Assembly (NCBI GenBank): GCA_003278145.1
Contig: QCGV01000001.1
Span: forward strand, 139,616 to 203,615
From: OCS116 cluster bacterium AG-390-A19
Lineage (GTDB): Bacteria; Pseudomonadota; Alphaproteobacteria; MED-G09
DNA: 64,000 bases
Reading direction: 5' to 3'
Within the stretch, counting starts at the first letter, position 1. Each line of letters opens with the position of its first letter. The translations under genes and the position numbers were made by a program. The notes below the pieces were generated by a model, which was not told the origin of the DNA, searched no databases, and worked only from the letters and a program-made list of their open reading frames with translations. Positions 50,078 through 61,048 of the stretch are shown here, in pieces.

Positions 50078-50971
50078 TTGGGAGATTATAATTTGGCTGA
50101 ATCTATGGAAAATCGTGATGGTTTAATCTGGTTTGATGGAGAATTTGTCGACTGGAAGAGTGCTAATATTCATATTCTCAATCATGGACTTCATTATGCT
50201 AGTTCAGTTTTCGAGGGTGAAAGGTCCTATTCTGGTAAAATTTTTAAAGTAAGAGAGCATACAGAAAGACTTTTTAGTTCTGCAGATGCTCTTGATTTAA
50301 AAATACCATTTTCTATTGATCAAATTATAGATGCTTCCTATGAGTCAATAAAATTGAATAACTTGGAAGATGCCTATTTAAGACCAATTGTTTGGCGGGG
50401 TTCTGAAATGGGTGTTTCTGCACCCGATGCTCCAGTACATTGTGCAATTGCAGTTTGGGAGTGGCCTTCATATTTTACGCCTGAAGAAATTTTGAAAGGT
50501 ATAAAAGTTACATTATCTGAATGGAAAAGACCTTCGCCTGAAACAATTCCATGTAAAGCCAAAGCTGCAGGTTTATATATGATTTGCACACTTGCCAAAC
50601 AAAAGGCTGAGTCAAAAGGTTTTTCTGATGCACTGATGCTTGATTATAGAGATCAAATTGCAGAAACAACTGGAGCAAATATCTTTTTTATAAAAGATAG
50701 AGAAATACATACACCTGTACCAGATTGTTTTTTAGATGGTATAACAAGGAGAACGGTTATCCAAATTGCAAAAAATCTTGGATTTAAAATAGTTGAAAGA
50801 GCAATGTTTCTTGACGATTTAAAGGACTTTGAACAGTGCTTTATAACTGGAACAGCTGCTGAGGTAACACCAGTTTGCGCAATAGATGATCATAATTTTG
50901 TTGTTGGAGATGAAATTAAAAAGATTTCTTCATCTTATATAGATTTAGTAAATAATTGGTCTGGTGATTAG
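50078..50971 (+). CDS. ilvE: Branched-chain amino acid aminotransferase (class IV)
   Basis: HGLHYASSVFEGERSY, YLRPIVWRG and GITRRTVI motifs. The listed start is TTG; ATG 50105 is an alternative. Confidence 0.9.
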   Translation: MGDYNLAESMENRDGLIWFDGEFVDWKSANIHILNHGLHYASSVFEGERSYSGKIFKVREHTERLFSSADALDLKIPFSIDQIIDASYESIKLNNLEDAYLRPIVWRGSEMGVSAPDAPVHCAIAVWEWPSYFTPEEILKGIKVTLSEWKRPSPETIPCKAKAAGLYMICTLAKQKAESKGFSDALMLDYRDQIAETTGANIFFIKDREIHTPVPDCFLDGITRRTVIQIAKNLGFKIVERAMFLDDLKDFEQCFITGTAAEVTPVCAIDDHNFVVGDEIKKISSSYIDLVNNWSGD

Positions 50972-51408
50972 AAATTTATCTCTAAATCTCTTCTATTTTG
51001 TTTTACCCATTTAGCACCTTTTGGTGAATGCTCTTTTTTCCAAAACGGAGCGTTTATTTTTAAAAAATCTATAATGTATTCATTAGCCTTAAATGCATCT
51101 TTCCTATGTTTTGTTTGAGTTATAACTAGGACTATAGGTTCATTAACTTCTAATTCTCCAAATCTATGAATAATTAAGCATTGACTTAGGCTCCATTTTT
51201 TAAAAGCTTTCTTAGCTGTTTCTTTTAAAACTTTTTTTGCCATTTTTGGATAATATTCAATTTCTAATTTTTCCAATGTTTCTTTTGGTTCAAGATCCCT
51301 TACCGATCCAAGAAAACAAACTACTGCTCCATCTATTTTATTATTTTGAAAATTTTTAACTTCTTGACTGAAATCAAATTCATTTGACTGTATTCTTATA
51401 TCAATCAT
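50968..51408 (-). CDS. moaE: Molybdopterin synthase catalytic subunit
   Basis: GAVVCFLGSVRD, LEIEYYPKMA, APFWKKE. Confidence 0.88.
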   Translation of the reverse strand: MIDIRIQSNEFDFSQEVKNFQNNKIDGAVVCFLGSVRDLEPKETLEKLEIEYYPKMAKKVLKETAKKAFKKWSLSQCLIIHRFGELEVNEPIVLVITQTKHRKDAFKANEYIIDFLKINAPFWKKEHSPKGAKWVKQNRRDLEINF

Positions 51409-51656
51409 TATCCACCTGTAACCGGAGGAAATATTGCAATTTCCTTTGTTTTGTTAATCTCATAATTCATATCCACCAGCTCTTCATCACAGGCAATGAG
51501 AAAATCGTAATTTTCAAAGACATTGTGATAAATTTTATTATGATTTTTAAGAAACACTATTAAATCTTCGATTGTTTTTACACTATTGGGAAAAGATATC
51601 TCTTCTTCGCTTTTTCCAATTAATTCTCTAATTTTTGCAAAATAAATAATTTTCAT
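51408..51656 (-). CDS. moaD: Molybdopterin synthase sulfur carrier subunit
   Basis: 82 aa with a ubiquitin-like pattern, ending in FPPVTGG. Directly upstream of moaE. Confidence 0.8.
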   Translation of the reverse strand: MKIIYFAKIRELIGKSEEEISFPNSVKTIEDLIVFLKNHNKIYHNVFENYDFLIACDEELVDMNYEINKTKEIAIFPPVTGG

Positions 51657-51657
51657 C

Positions 51658-52245
51658 TTATTTTTGTTTAATTAAGTCTAAAGCAGATCTAAAATAATTA
51701 AATCCAGTGCTAATGGACATAATAGAGGACAGCCAAAGTAGAATAGAAAATAATAAATAAAAATAATAAACATTATTTTCAATAATAGGAAAAATAATAA
51801 AGCCTGAAATTGCAATAAATTGTATTGCGGTTTTCCATTTTGATTGATTAGTGACGTTAACTTTGATTGATTTCTCACCTAAATACTCTCTTAAGCCAGA
51901 GACAAAGACCTCTCTATAGATTATTATTAGGGCGGGAATTATGTTTAAATTAGTTATTATAGAATTTACCATAAGTGCTATTAATATAGAAATAACAAGT
52001 ATTTTATCAGCTATAGGGTCGAGCATTTTTCCTAGTTCACTTACCTCGTTATTTTTTCTTGCATACCACCCATCAAAGAAATCAGTTATTCCGGCTACAC
52101 AAAAAAGAATAAAACTAACGATATAAATCAGTTTACTTGGAAAAATAATTATTATACCAGTTGTTATTACTGATAGAAGAATTCTGGTTATTGTTAAAAA
52201 ATTCGGCATCTTTCCAACTTGTATTTTATTCATTAAACCAATCAA
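51658..52245 (-). CDS. pgsA: CDP-diacylglycerol--glycerol-3-phosphate 3-phosphatidyltransferase
   Basis: CDP-alcohol phosphatidyltransferase motif DFFDGWYARK...GKMLDPIADK. The true start may be ATG 52209 (MPNFLTITRILL). Confidence 0.9.
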   Translation of the reverse strand: MIGLMNKIQVGKMPNFLTITRILLSVITTGIIIIFPSKLIYIVSFILFCVAGITDFFDGWYARKNNEVSELGKMLDPIADKILVISILIALMVNSIITNLNIIPALIIIYREVFVSGLREYLGEKSIKVNVTNQSKWKTAIQFIAISGFIIFPIIENNVYYFYLLFSILLWLSSIMSISTGFNYFRSALDLIKQK

Positions 52246-54082
52246 AGATCTTATTGGCCATATTTATAGAAACACCATCTACAGATGTTAATTCATCGGC
52301 TCTTGCCTGACTAACTGCACGGGCCGATCCAAAGAAATTTAGTAGAGCCTTTTTTCTTTTTAATCCAATTCCAGGTATCTCATCAAGGGGATTCTTTGTA
52401 AATTCTTTCTTTCTTTTTGCTTTGTGAGTTCCAATTGCAAATCTATGAGCTTCATCACGAAGTCTTTGAAGATAAAAGAGCATTGGATCATTCGGTTTGA
52501 ATAAATATGGCTTGTCTCTATCAGTGTAAAATTTTTCTCTACCAGCGTTTCTTTTTTCACCTTTTGCAATTGAAATGATTTTGACATCGCTTATACCTAA
52601 ATTATCAAGTGCCTTTTTTGTAGAGCTATATTGACCTTTACCTCCATCAATAAGAATAATATCAGGATATTTTAAACTATCATATGGTTTACTTTTTTTA
52701 ATTTTTTTAAACCTTCTTTCTATGACTTCATTCATCATTGCAAAATCATCATTTGTTTGAGCATTTTTAATATTAAATTTTCTATATTCACTTTTATCTA
52801 AACCTTCCTCATTCGCCACAACCATCGCTCCAACGGCATAGGAGCCCTGAATGTGACTATTATCATATATTTCAATTCTCTTTGGTATCTCTTTGAGTTC
52901 AAAAGCTTTTTGAAGTAATGAGAGATTTTTCTTATTACTTAACAAATTATTCTGATATCTTTGAAGTGCGTTTTTTGAATTTTCTAAGGCATGGTTAATT
53001 ATTTTTTGCCTTTCACCTTTTTGTGGTTTGATTATATTTATTTTTCTTTTTTCTTTTTTTGAAAAAGTTTCCGAGAGTAGTTTCTTTTCAATTAAATCAT
53101 GACTTGTTAGAATTAATTTTGGTATCGGTTTATTTTGGTAAAACTGGGGTATAAATGATTGAAGTATATCTTTTTCAGAAACATCATTTAAATGAATAGG
53201 GAAATAAGATTTATTTCCAAGATTCCTCCATGATCTAAAGAAAAAAACTTGAACACATGATTTATTATTAATTTTGCTTACAGCAAAAACATCAGCCTCT
53301 TCTAAAAATTGAGGATTAATAGTGTCTGATTTTGTCATATTGGCTAATGCACTAATTCTATCTCTATATTGAGCAGCAGTTTCATATTCTTTATTTTTTG
53401 AGGCAATCTGCATCTTAGTAGATAGTTTTTTTTGAATTAAAGTAGATTTACCACTGAAAAAATTTCTTACATCATTGACGAGTTCTTTATAATCCTCCTT
53501 ACTTATCATACTACCGCATGGACCAGAGCATCTTTTTAGGTGATAATTTAGACATGGTCTGTCACCTGCCTCAACCTCTCTATCTGTACAAGAACGTAAT
53601 AAAAATACTTTTTGTAAAGTATTTAGCGTTCTATTAACTGCCCCAGTATTTGCAAAAGGGCCATAATAGTAACCTGGTTTTGTTCTTGATCCACGATGCT
53701 TCTCTAACCTTGGAAAATCATGTTCTTTAGAGATAAAAATATATGGAAAAGTTTTATCATCTCTTAGCATAATATTATATCTTGGCTTTTTCTCTTTAAT
53801 TAAATTGAGCTCAAGAAGAAGGGCATCCATTTCTGTTTCGGTAATAGTGATCTCAACATCTTTAATAAGACTTATCATTTTAGTTATACGATTGTTATTA
53901 CCATTAGGTCTTGTATAACTTAGGAGTCTTTTCTTTAAATTTTTTGCCTTTCCAACATAAAGTACATTTTTTTTAATACCAATCATTCTATAGACACCTG
54001 GTTTTTCAGGCATATCTATTATTTTTTTCTGAAGAATTTCTCTTCCTGTAATATTGTTTTTTTCTAAAATTTTATTTTTCAT
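52226..54082 (-). CDS. uvrC: Excinuclease ABC subunit C
   Basis: GIY-YIG N-terminus (GVYRMIG..VLYVGKAKNLKKR), UVR domain, C-terminal HhH. Length 618 aa. Confidence 0.96.
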   Translation of the reverse strand: MKNKILEKNNITGREILQKKIIDMPEKPGVYRMIGIKKNVLYVGKAKNLKKRLLSYTRPNGNNNRITKMISLIKDVEITITETEMDALLLELNLIKEKKPRYNIMLRDDKTFPYIFISKEHDFPRLEKHRGSRTKPGYYYGPFANTGAVNRTLNTLQKVFLLRSCTDREVEAGDRPCLNYHLKRCSGPCGSMISKEDYKELVNDVRNFFSGKSTLIQKKLSTKMQIASKNKEYETAAQYRDRISALANMTKSDTINPQFLEEADVFAVSKINNKSCVQVFFFRSWRNLGNKSYFPIHLNDVSEKDILQSFIPQFYQNKPIPKLILTSHDLIEKKLLSETFSKKEKRKINIIKPQKGERQKIINHALENSKNALQRYQNNLLSNKKNLSLLQKAFELKEIPKRIEIYDNSHIQGSYAVGAMVVANEEGLDKSEYRKFNIKNAQTNDDFAMMNEVIERRFKKIKKSKPYDSLKYPDIILIDGGKGQYSSTKKALDNLGISDVKIISIAKGEKRNAGREKFYTDRDKPYLFKPNDPMLFYLQRLRDEAHRFAIGTHKAKRKKEFTKNPLDEIPGIGLKRKKALLNFFGSARAVSQARADELTSVDGVSINMANKIFDWFNE

Positions 54083-54126
54083 TGCTTTTTATTGATTATA
54101 TTAAAAATATTACTCAAAGAATAGCC

Positions 54127-54135
54127 TGTGGATAA
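54127..54135 (-). promoter_or_regulatory. Consensus DnaA box (TTATCCACA on the minus strand) in the uvrC upstream region
   Basis: The plus strand reads TGTGGATAA, an exact reverse complement of the E. coli-type consensus. On the minus strand it covers the -35 position relative to a TAATAT hexamer (54107-54112). Confidence 0.3.
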
Positions 54136-54379
54136 CTATGTTGACAACTCAACTGCTTAACTACGATTATATAATATATAAGAAATTTTAATTTTTTTTA
54201 TTAGAATATTATAACTTATTGAATTAATTGAATAATACTGAATTTTCATAAAATTTTAAAAATTTACAATAAATTAATTTTTCTTTCTAATATTGTGTAA
54301 TTGTAACTGTTAACAAGTTATATTTTTTTTAAATAAAGTGATCTAACTTATTGTTTAATATAGAAACTTAATTAATTTA

Positions 54380-55162
54380 TTAATCTTTAAAATTTTTATT
54401 TTCTTTTTTTATCCAGTCTAAGTGCTCACCGCCATCAAGAGTAATCATTTGACCGGTAAAAGAGGGTATATTAATTATAAATTTTACTGCCTGATATATC
54501 TCTCCTGGATTTGAACCAACTTTTAGTGGCGTGGATAAACATTGATTTTCAAAATCTTTTTTTGATTGTCTGGCTCCTTGAAGAGTAGGCCCTGGTCCAA
54601 TTGCGCATACTCTAATTTGAGGGCTAAGTGCTTGGGCTAATGTTTGAGTAAGCCACATAAGAGATTGTTTTGATGAAGTATATGAAATAAAATCTGGATT
54701 AGGAAAGAAAATTCTTTGGTCTATAATATTAATAATTAATCCTGGAGTATTTTTTCTTAGCTGATTGTTAAAATCTCTTGATAAAATAAGAGGAGCTTTT
54801 AAATTAATGTTATTATGACTCTCCCAAGACTCTAAATTAAGATTTTTGATATCATCGTTTTCAAATTTTGAAGCATTGTTAATTAAAAGTGATATGTTAC
54901 CAAATTTCTTCTTGGACTTTTCAATTAAATTTTTCACAGAATTGTTATTGTTTAAATCACATTTTATAATTGCTGCCTTACCTTTTCTTTTTATTATTTG
55001 ATTTTTAAGATTTTTAGCAGCAATGCTATTTGTATTATAATGAATAATTACCTTCCATCCATCATAAGCTAAGTTTTTTGAAATTTCTTTTCCTATCCTT
55101 TTTGCACCGCCTGTAATAAGCGCCACTCCTGGTTTTAATTCTTTTGTATGAATTGGAATCAT
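54380..55162 (-). CDS. SDR of the pteridine reductase / FolM type
   Basis: The cofactor motif reads TGGAKRIG (TGX3RXG rather than TGX3GXG). Also VIIHYNTNS and YTSSK (Y-x3-K). Lies 16 nt downstream of uvrB. Confidence 0.7.
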   Translation of the reverse strand: MIPIHTKELKPGVALITGGAKRIGKEISKNLAYDGWKVIIHYNTNSIAAKNLKNQIIKRKGKAAIIKCDLNNNNSVKNLIEKSKKKFGNISLLINNASKFENDDIKNLNLESWESHNNINLKAPLILSRDFNNQLRKNTPGLIINIIDQRIFFPNPDFISYTSSKQSLMWLTQTLAQALSPQIRVCAIGPGPTLQGARQSKKDFENQCLSTPLKVGSNPGEIYQAVKFIINIPSFTGQMITLDGGEHLDWIKKENKNFKD

Positions 55163-55178
55163 TTTCTCTATTATCTAT

Positions 55179-57275
55179 CTATAATTTCGCCATAGGATTT
55201 TCACTTAAAATTAAAGAAATTTCATTAAGCCTATTTATCTCATCTCTAATTTTAGCCGCTTCCTCAAAGTTTAAATCCTCTGCAGCTTTTAACATTTTAT
55301 CTTCTAATGATTTAAGATGTTTTTCAAGATTATTACCAATAAATAAATCATTATCAGTATGATCAGGCGCCTCAATTTGTACATGATCCTTCTCATAAAT
55401 ACTGCTTAGAATATCCTTTATGTTATTTTTAATACTTGAGGGAGTAATGTTATTTTTCTTATTATATTCTTTTTGTTTTTTTCGTCTTCTTTTTGTTTCA
55501 TTTAGGGCTCTCTCCATTGAACCAGTAATTTTATCCGCATATAAAATTACTTTTCCATCAACGTTTCTTGCTGCTCTTCCCATAGTTTGTATTAGTGAGG
55601 TTTCTGATCTTAGAAAACCCTCCTTATCAGCATCAAGAATTGCAACTAGAGAGCATTCTGGGATATCTAAACCTTCTCTAAGAAGATTTATACCTACTAG
55701 AACATCAAATACGCCTGTTCTCAAATCTCTAAGGATTTCTATCCTTTCTAGTGTATCAATATCCGAATGAAGGTATCGAACTTTAATATTTTGTTCATTC
55801 ATATATTCAGTTAAATCTTCAGCCATTTTTTTTGTTAAAACTGTCACAAGAACTCTTTGCCCTTTTTTTGCTGTTAATTTGCATTCATATATTAAGTCAT
55901 CAACTTGATTAGATGCCGGACGGATTTCACTTTTAGGATCAATTAAACCTGTTGGTCTAATGATTTGCTCTGAAAAAACACCACCTGACTGATCAAGCTC
56001 CCAAGGACCGGGGGTAGCAGAAACAAAAATACTTTTTGGTCTCATCAAATCCCATTCTTCAAATTTTAATGGACGATTATCCTTACATGAAGGTAAACGA
56101 AAACCATGCTCTGAAAGAGTTGATTTCCTGTTAAAATCACCTTTATACATTCCTCCAAGTTGAGGGATTGTTACATGACTTTCATCTGCAAAAATAATTG
56201 AGTCCTTAGGTAAATATTCAAATAATGTTGGAGGTGGTTCACCTGGCTTCCTACCTGTGAGATACCGGGAGTAGTTTTCAATTCCTGCGCAGCTTCCTGT
56301 AGCATCCATCATTTCTAAATCAAAAATTGTTCTTTGTTCTAATCTTTGCATTTCTAAAAGTTTATTTTCTTTTTCAAGCTCTTTGAGCCGCAAAAATAAT
56401 TCTTTTTTAATTTCTTGTGCTGCTTGTTGAAGTGTTGGTCTAGGAGTTACATAATGAGAATTAGCATATACTTTTATATTTTGTAATTCTCTAATTTTCT
56501 CTCCTGTGAGAGGATCAAATTCATTAATTTTTTCTACTTCATTGCCCCAAAGTGAAATTTTCCAGGCCCTGCCTTCTAAGTGTGCTGGCCAAATTTCAAC
56601 GACATCACCTCTTACCCTAAAAGTACCTCTAACAAATTTTGTATCATTTCTCTTATATTGAAGGGAAACAAGGTTATTCAAAAGGTCCTGTCTTTCAATT
56701 ATTTGTTCAGTTTCAATAGCTAAAGTCATTGATGAATATGTTTCAACTGATCCAATACCATAAATACATGATACAGATGAAACGATAATAACATCATCTC
56801 TTTCCATTAAAGATCTGGTAGCTGAATGTCTTAGTCTATCAATATGTTCATTTATACTTGCATCCTTTTCAATAAAAGTATCAGTTCTTGGAACATATGC
56901 TTCAGGTTGATAATAGTCATAGTATGAAACAAAATACTCAACAGCGTTATCAGGAAAGAATTCTTTAAATTCTGAATATAATTGAGCAGCTAGTGTCTTA
57001 TTTGGAGCAAGAATCAATGAGGGCTTTTGAGTTAATTCAATAATTTTCGCCATTGTGAAAGTTTTACCTGACCCTGTAACACCAAGAAGAACCTGTGATC
57101 TCTCATCATTTTTAATTCCTTCAACAAGCTCTTTAATAGCATTAGGTTGATCTCCAGATGGATCAAAATTTGAAACTAACTTTAGAGGAATTCCAGATTC
57201 GGTCTTAATATTTTTTTTCGGATGTTCTAATATCGGACCTATTTCATCATTTAAAAAAGAGTCAGCTTTATTCAT
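55179..57275 (-). CDS. uvrB: Excinuclease ABC subunit B
   Basis: [10 protein letters not shown] Walker A, DESH box, beta-hairpin region, C-terminal UVR domain. Length 698 aa. Confidence 0.97.
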   Translation of the reverse strand: MNKADSFLNDEIGPILEHPKKNIKTESGIPLKLVSNFDPSGDQPNAIKELVEGIKNDERSQVLLGVTGSGKTFTMAKIIELTQKPSLILAPNKTLAAQLYSEFKEFFPDNAVEYFVSYYDYYQPEAYVPRTDTFIEKDASINEHIDRLRHSATRSLMERDDVIIVSSVSCIYGIGSVETYSSMTLAIETEQIIERQDLLNNLVSLQYKRNDTKFVRGTFRVRGDVVEIWPAHLEGRAWKISLWGNEVEKINEFDPLTGEKIRELQNIKVYANSHYVTPRPTLQQAAQEIKKELFLRLKELEKENKLLEMQRLEQRTIFDLEMMDATGSCAGIENYSRYLTGRKPGEPPPTLFEYLPKDSIIFADESHVTIPQLGGMYKGDFNRKSTLSEHGFRLPSCKDNRPLKFEEWDLMRPKSIFVSATPGPWELDQSGGVFSEQIIRPTGLIDPKSEIRPASNQVDDLIYECKLTAKKGQRVLVTVLTKKMAEDLTEYMNEQNIKVRYLHSDIDTLERIEILRDLRTGVFDVLVGINLLREGLDIPECSLVAILDADKEGFLRSETSLIQTMGRAARNVDGKVILYADKITGSMERALNETKRRRKKQKEYNKKNNITPSSIKNNIKDILSSIYEKDHVQIEAPDHTDNDLFIGNNLEKHLKSLEDKMLKAAEDLNFEEAAKIRDEINRLNEISLILSENPMAKL

Positions 57276-58480
57276 TCTAGCTCATCGCAGAAATCAATTA
57301 TTCTTTTACAGGCTTCTTCAAGTTTTTCAATCGATGTTGCGTATGAAATTCTAAAATAGGGTGATAAACCAAATGCTGAGCCATGAACTACTCCTACGGA
57401 TTTATTTTTAAGTAAATTCATTGCAAAATCCTCATCATTTTTAATTTCTTCGCCACTGGTGAGTTTTTTTCCAATTACACCTTCACATGAGGGATAAATA
57501 TAAAATGCCCCCTTTGGCTTTAGACAGGACAACCCTTTAGCAGAATTTATCATTTCAACAACTTTATTTCTTCTCATCTCAAAGGAATCTAGCCAATCTT
57601 TTAAAAAACTTTGATCACCGTTCAAGGCTTCAACTGCTGCCCATTGACTTATTGATGAAGGGTTTGATGTTGATTGTCCCTGAAGTTTTCTCATAGAGTC
57701 TATAATTTTTTTAGGTCCTCCACAGTATCCTATTCTCCAGCCAGTCATTGAGTAAGCTTTTGAAACACCATTCATTGTTATTGTTCTCGAATTTATTTCA
57801 TCATCAATTTCACCAATTGTTGTAAACTTTTCTTTTTTTTCATATAGAAGATGTTCGTATATATCGTCTGACAAAATATAAATGTTTGGATATTTCTTGA
57901 GTACACTAACAAGAGACTGAAGTTCCTCTGATGAATAAACCTCCCCTGTAGGATTAGACGGAGAATTAATAATTATCCATTTTGTATTTTTTGTAATATT
58001 TTTTTTAAGATCATCAGCAGTAATTTTAAAATTACTATTTCTTGATGTCTCAATAGTAACTGGAGTTCCTCCGGCTAACTTAACTATATCGGGATAACTT
58101 ACCCAAAATGGTTTTGGAATAATTACTTCATCCCCAGGATTTAGCGTTGCAACCATTGCGTTGTAAATAATAGTTTTACCACCTGGAGCGACAGAAATAT
58201 TTTCTTTTAAAAAGTTTAAATTATTGTCCCGGATAAACTTATTTATTATTGCCTCTTTAAGTTCATCAATACCATCAACAGCTGTATATTTTGTTTCACC
58301 CCTAGTAATTGCCTCAATAGCAGCCTTTTTAATATTTTCAGGTGTATCAAAATCTGGCTCACCCGCAGATAAACTTATAACATCTTTCCCTTGATTTTTT
58401 AGATCTCTTGCAAGTTGTGTCATAGCAACAGTTGCAGAAGGAGCAATTTTTTCTAAATTTTTAGATAACGTTATTGACAT
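57272..58480 (-). CDS. Aspartate/aromatic aminotransferase (class I PLP enzyme)
   Basis: [16 protein letters not shown] and [13 protein letters not shown] (PLP lysine) motifs. Start placed at ATG 58480 (MSITLSK..); the ORF track extends to 58504. Confidence 0.9.
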   Translation of the reverse strand: MSITLSKNLEKIAPSATVAMTQLARDLKNQGKDVISLSAGEPDFDTPENIKKAAIEAITRGETKYTAVDGIDELKEAIINKFIRDNNLNFLKENISVAPGGKTIIYNAMVATLNPGDEVIIPKPFWVSYPDIVKLAGGTPVTIETSRNSNFKITADDLKKNITKNTKWIIINSPSNPTGEVYSSEELQSLVSVLKKYPNIYILSDDIYEHLLYEKKEKFTTIGEIDDEINSRTITMNGVSKAYSMTGWRIGYCGGPKKIIDSMRKLQGQSTSNPSSISQWAAVEALNGDQSFLKDWLDSFEMRRNKVVEMINSAKGLSCLKPKGAFYIYPSCEGVIGKKLTSGEEIKNDEDFAMNLLKNKSVGVVHGSAFGLSPYFRISYATSIEKLEEACKRIIDFCDELE

Positions 58481-58605
58481 AATTTCACCAAATAAAAAGA
58501 GCAAGATAAACTATGATGATTTAACAAACAAGCAATATGCTATTCAATCTTTATGATAATTGATGCACATGCTAGAGTTTATATAGTTTGATATAGTGGG
58601 AATGA

Positions 58606-60375
58606 ATGGAAGATAAAAATAAATATTATACTTTTTATGTGATTAAAAGAATCTGGAAGAATTATGCATCTGGATCTATGAAATTACTTTTAATAGCTCT
58701 TTTTTGTAATGCTATTGTTGCATTAACAACACCTGCTCTTCCTGAATTAATAAGAAGGGTAATTGATGATATTTTTGTGAATTCAAATCGAGAAATGTTA
58801 ACAATTCTTCCTTTAATAGCAATACTGATAATGTTTATTAGAGCTCTTGGAACTTATGGCGCAAATGTTGCAATTAATTACATAGGCCAAAAAATTGTTG
58901 GCTTATTGCAAAAGGATTTATACAAGGCAATTCTTAACTCTGACATGTCTTACATAAACTCTATTCATTCTGCACGATTTATTTCTAGTTTTACTGCTGA
59001 TACAACAAAGTTAAGAGAGACAATGTCATCAGTTGTTGTTAACTTATCGAGAAACATTCTTATGGTTTTAGGATTAGTTGGATATCTCTTTTATGTAGAC
59101 CCTACCTTAGCAACAATTTTTTTCCTTGTATTACCGCCTGCAGCAATTGGCTTAAGAATGCTAGGGAAGAGGTTAAGAAAAGCTATTAGAATGAGTCTTG
59201 AGGAAATAGGAACTCTATCGGCTTTGGTTTCAGAAACTCTAAAAGGTATGAGAATTATTAGAGCCTTTGGAAAGGAGAGAATTCATTCAGAGAAGGCCTC
59301 TTCAATTATTGATCAGGTTGTAAGTTTGTCGATGAAAGGTGTTAAGGCAAGATCTGCCTCAGCACCAATAATGGAAATAGTAACTGGTTTTGCCATTGCA
59401 GGCATAATTTATTATGCAGGAAATAAATCTTTAGATGGCCTTATGAGCGTTGGCAGCTTTATGGCATTTACTACAGCAGCAGGTTTACTCTATGATCCGT
59501 TAAAGGCTGTTGCTAATTTACAGGCTATGCTTCAGGAAGGTGTTGCCGCTTCACAAAGATTGTTTCCAATTTTAGATAATAAACCAAAAATAATAAGCCC
59601 TGATAAACCATTAGAGATTAAGAAATTTAAAGGATCGTTAAAATTTTCTAAGGTTAATTTTTCATATAACAATGATAGACAAGATAAAATTCTTAAAGAG
59701 ATTTCATTAGATATAAAGCCTGGTCAAACTGCAGCATTAGTTGGACCCTCTGGAGCAGGAAAATCAACCTTATTAAATCTAGTACCAAGATTTTATGATG
59801 TCTCAAGCGGTAGCGTGTTGCTTGATGATTATGATTTAAGAGATCTATCTTTGCAAAATGTCAGAAGTGCATCATCTTTGGTTTCTCAAGATGCTCTAAT
59901 TTTTGATATTTCTATTAAGGAAAATATAATTTTTGGATGTGATGGTATTTCAGATGAAATTTTTCTAAAAGTTTGCAAAGACTCTTTGGTAGATGATTTT
60001 GTCAAAGATCTTCCTAATAAGTATCTAACATTAGTTGGTGAGTCTGGGGTTAGATTATCAGGAGGACAAAAGCAAAGAGTTGCAATTGCAAGAGCAATGA
60101 TTAAGGATGCTCCAATACTTTTATTAGATGAAGCAACATCATCTCTTGATAGCGAGTCAGAAAAAAAGGTTCAAGAAGCTCTAGATAAATTAATGAAAGA
60201 TAAAACAGCTTTAATTGTTGCTCATAGATTATCAACTATTAAAAATGTTGATGTGATATATGTTATTGATAATGGAGCTATAGTTGAGCAAGGAACTCAT
60301 AAAGAGTTAGTTAATAAAAATGGCCTCTATGCATTTTTATTTAAAACTCAATTTTTAGGGGATAAAGTTGAGTAA
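58606..60375 (+). CDS. msbA: ABC transporter, fused permease/ATPase of the lipid A exporter MsbA type
   Basis: Six-TM domain plus GPSGAGKST, LSGGQKQR and LLLDEATS. Context with waaA and lpxK. Confidence 0.85.
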   Translation: MEDKNKYYTFYVIKRIWKNYASGSMKLLLIALFCNAIVALTTPALPELIRRVIDDIFVNSNREMLTILPLIAILIMFIRALGTYGANVAINYIGQKIVGLLQKDLYKAILNSDMSYINSIHSARFISSFTADTTKLRETMSSVVVNLSRNILMVLGLVGYLFYVDPTLATIFFLVLPPAAIGLRMLGKRLRKAIRMSLEEIGTLSALVSETLKGMRIIRAFGKERIHSEKASSIIDQVVSLSMKGVKARSASAPIMEIVTGFAIAGIIYYAGNKSLDGLMSVGSFMAFTTAAGLLYDPLKAVANLQAMLQEGVAASQRLFPILDNKPKIISPDKPLEIKKFKGSLKFSKVNFSYNNDRQDKILKEISLDIKPGQTAALVGPSGAGKSTLLNLVPRFYDVSSGSVLLDDYDLRDLSLQNVRSASSLVSQDALIFDISIKENIIFGCDGISDEIFLKVCKDSLVDDFVKDLPNKYLTLVGESGVRLSGGQKQRVAIARAMIKDAPILLLDEATSSLDSESEKKVQEALDKLMKDKTALIVAHRLSTIKNVDVIYVIDNGAIVEQGTHKELVNKNGLYAFLFKTQFLGDKVE

Positions 60376-61048
60376 GTTATTAATAGTAAAAATTTTATCA
60401 TTAATTTTTTTTATTTATTTAAAATTTGTCTCTTACACAATTAGGTGGAATTTAAATCACTATGATATTCCTGAGAGCTTTTGGAAAAGAAAAAAACCTT
60501 TTATTTGGGTTCATTGGCATGGCCAAAGTTTAATGCTACCTGGTAAATGGGATCATAATAAACAAAAATTATTTGCTCTAGTTTCAAGGCATGGAGATGG
60601 AAACTTTATTGCATCACTTTTATCAAAATATAAAATTCAATTAATTAGAGGAGCTGGAAATCCCAAAAAATTAGGTATAAAGGAAAAGGGTGGTGCAATG
60701 GCTCTACGCTCAATGATAAAAACCCTGAAATCTGGTTCATCCGTAGCTCTAACAGCAGATCAACCTCCTGGGCCCGGAAAGATTTGTGGTTTGGGGGTAA
60801 TTTCTCTAGCAAAAATGTCTGGTGCAGCCATCATACCTGTTGCAGCAGCTACATCAAATCGATATGAATTTAATAATTGGGATAATTTCACATTAAATTT
60901 TCCTTTCGGAAGAGGGTCAATAGTTTGGGGGAATCCAATTAAAGTAAAATCAAATGCATCAAGTGATGAAATGGAAGAGATAAGAAAGTTTTTGGAGGAT
61001 CAATTAAATAGTATTTCTGTGGAAGCTAGAGAAAATATTGATATTTGA
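60368..61048 (+). CDS. DUF374 (lysophospholipid acyltransferase-like) protein
   Basis: VSRHGDGNFIA and ALTADQPPGPG motifs. Conserved position upstream of waaA. Confidence 0.75.
   Translation: MSKLLIVKILSLIFFIYLKFVSYTIRWNLNHYDIPESFWKRKKPFIWVHWHGQSLMLPGKWDHNKQKLFALVSRHGDGNFIASLLSKYKIQLIRGAGNPKKLGIKEKGGAMALRSMIKTLKSGSSVALTADQPPGPGKICGLGVISLAKMSGAAIIPVAAATSNRYEFNNWDNFTLNFPFGRGSIVWGNPIKVKSNASSDEMEEIRKFLEDQLNSISVEARENIDI

Noticed and set aside
54141-54330. Possible plus-strand small RNA: TTGACA at 54141-54146, then a TAACT/AGTTA hairpin followed by T8 at 54304-54330.
   Set aside because: No acceptable -10 lies at the correct spacing from TTGACA. The hairpin is only a 5-bp A/U-rich stem, and the T-run is typical of this spacer.
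54083-54379. Replication origin (oriC) in the long AT-rich spacer containing the DnaA box.
   Set aside because: I saw only one consensus box. Genes on both sides run in the same direction, so there is no strand switch. No dnaA, dnaN, parAB or hemE context is present. A promoter-level role for the box is more parsimonious.
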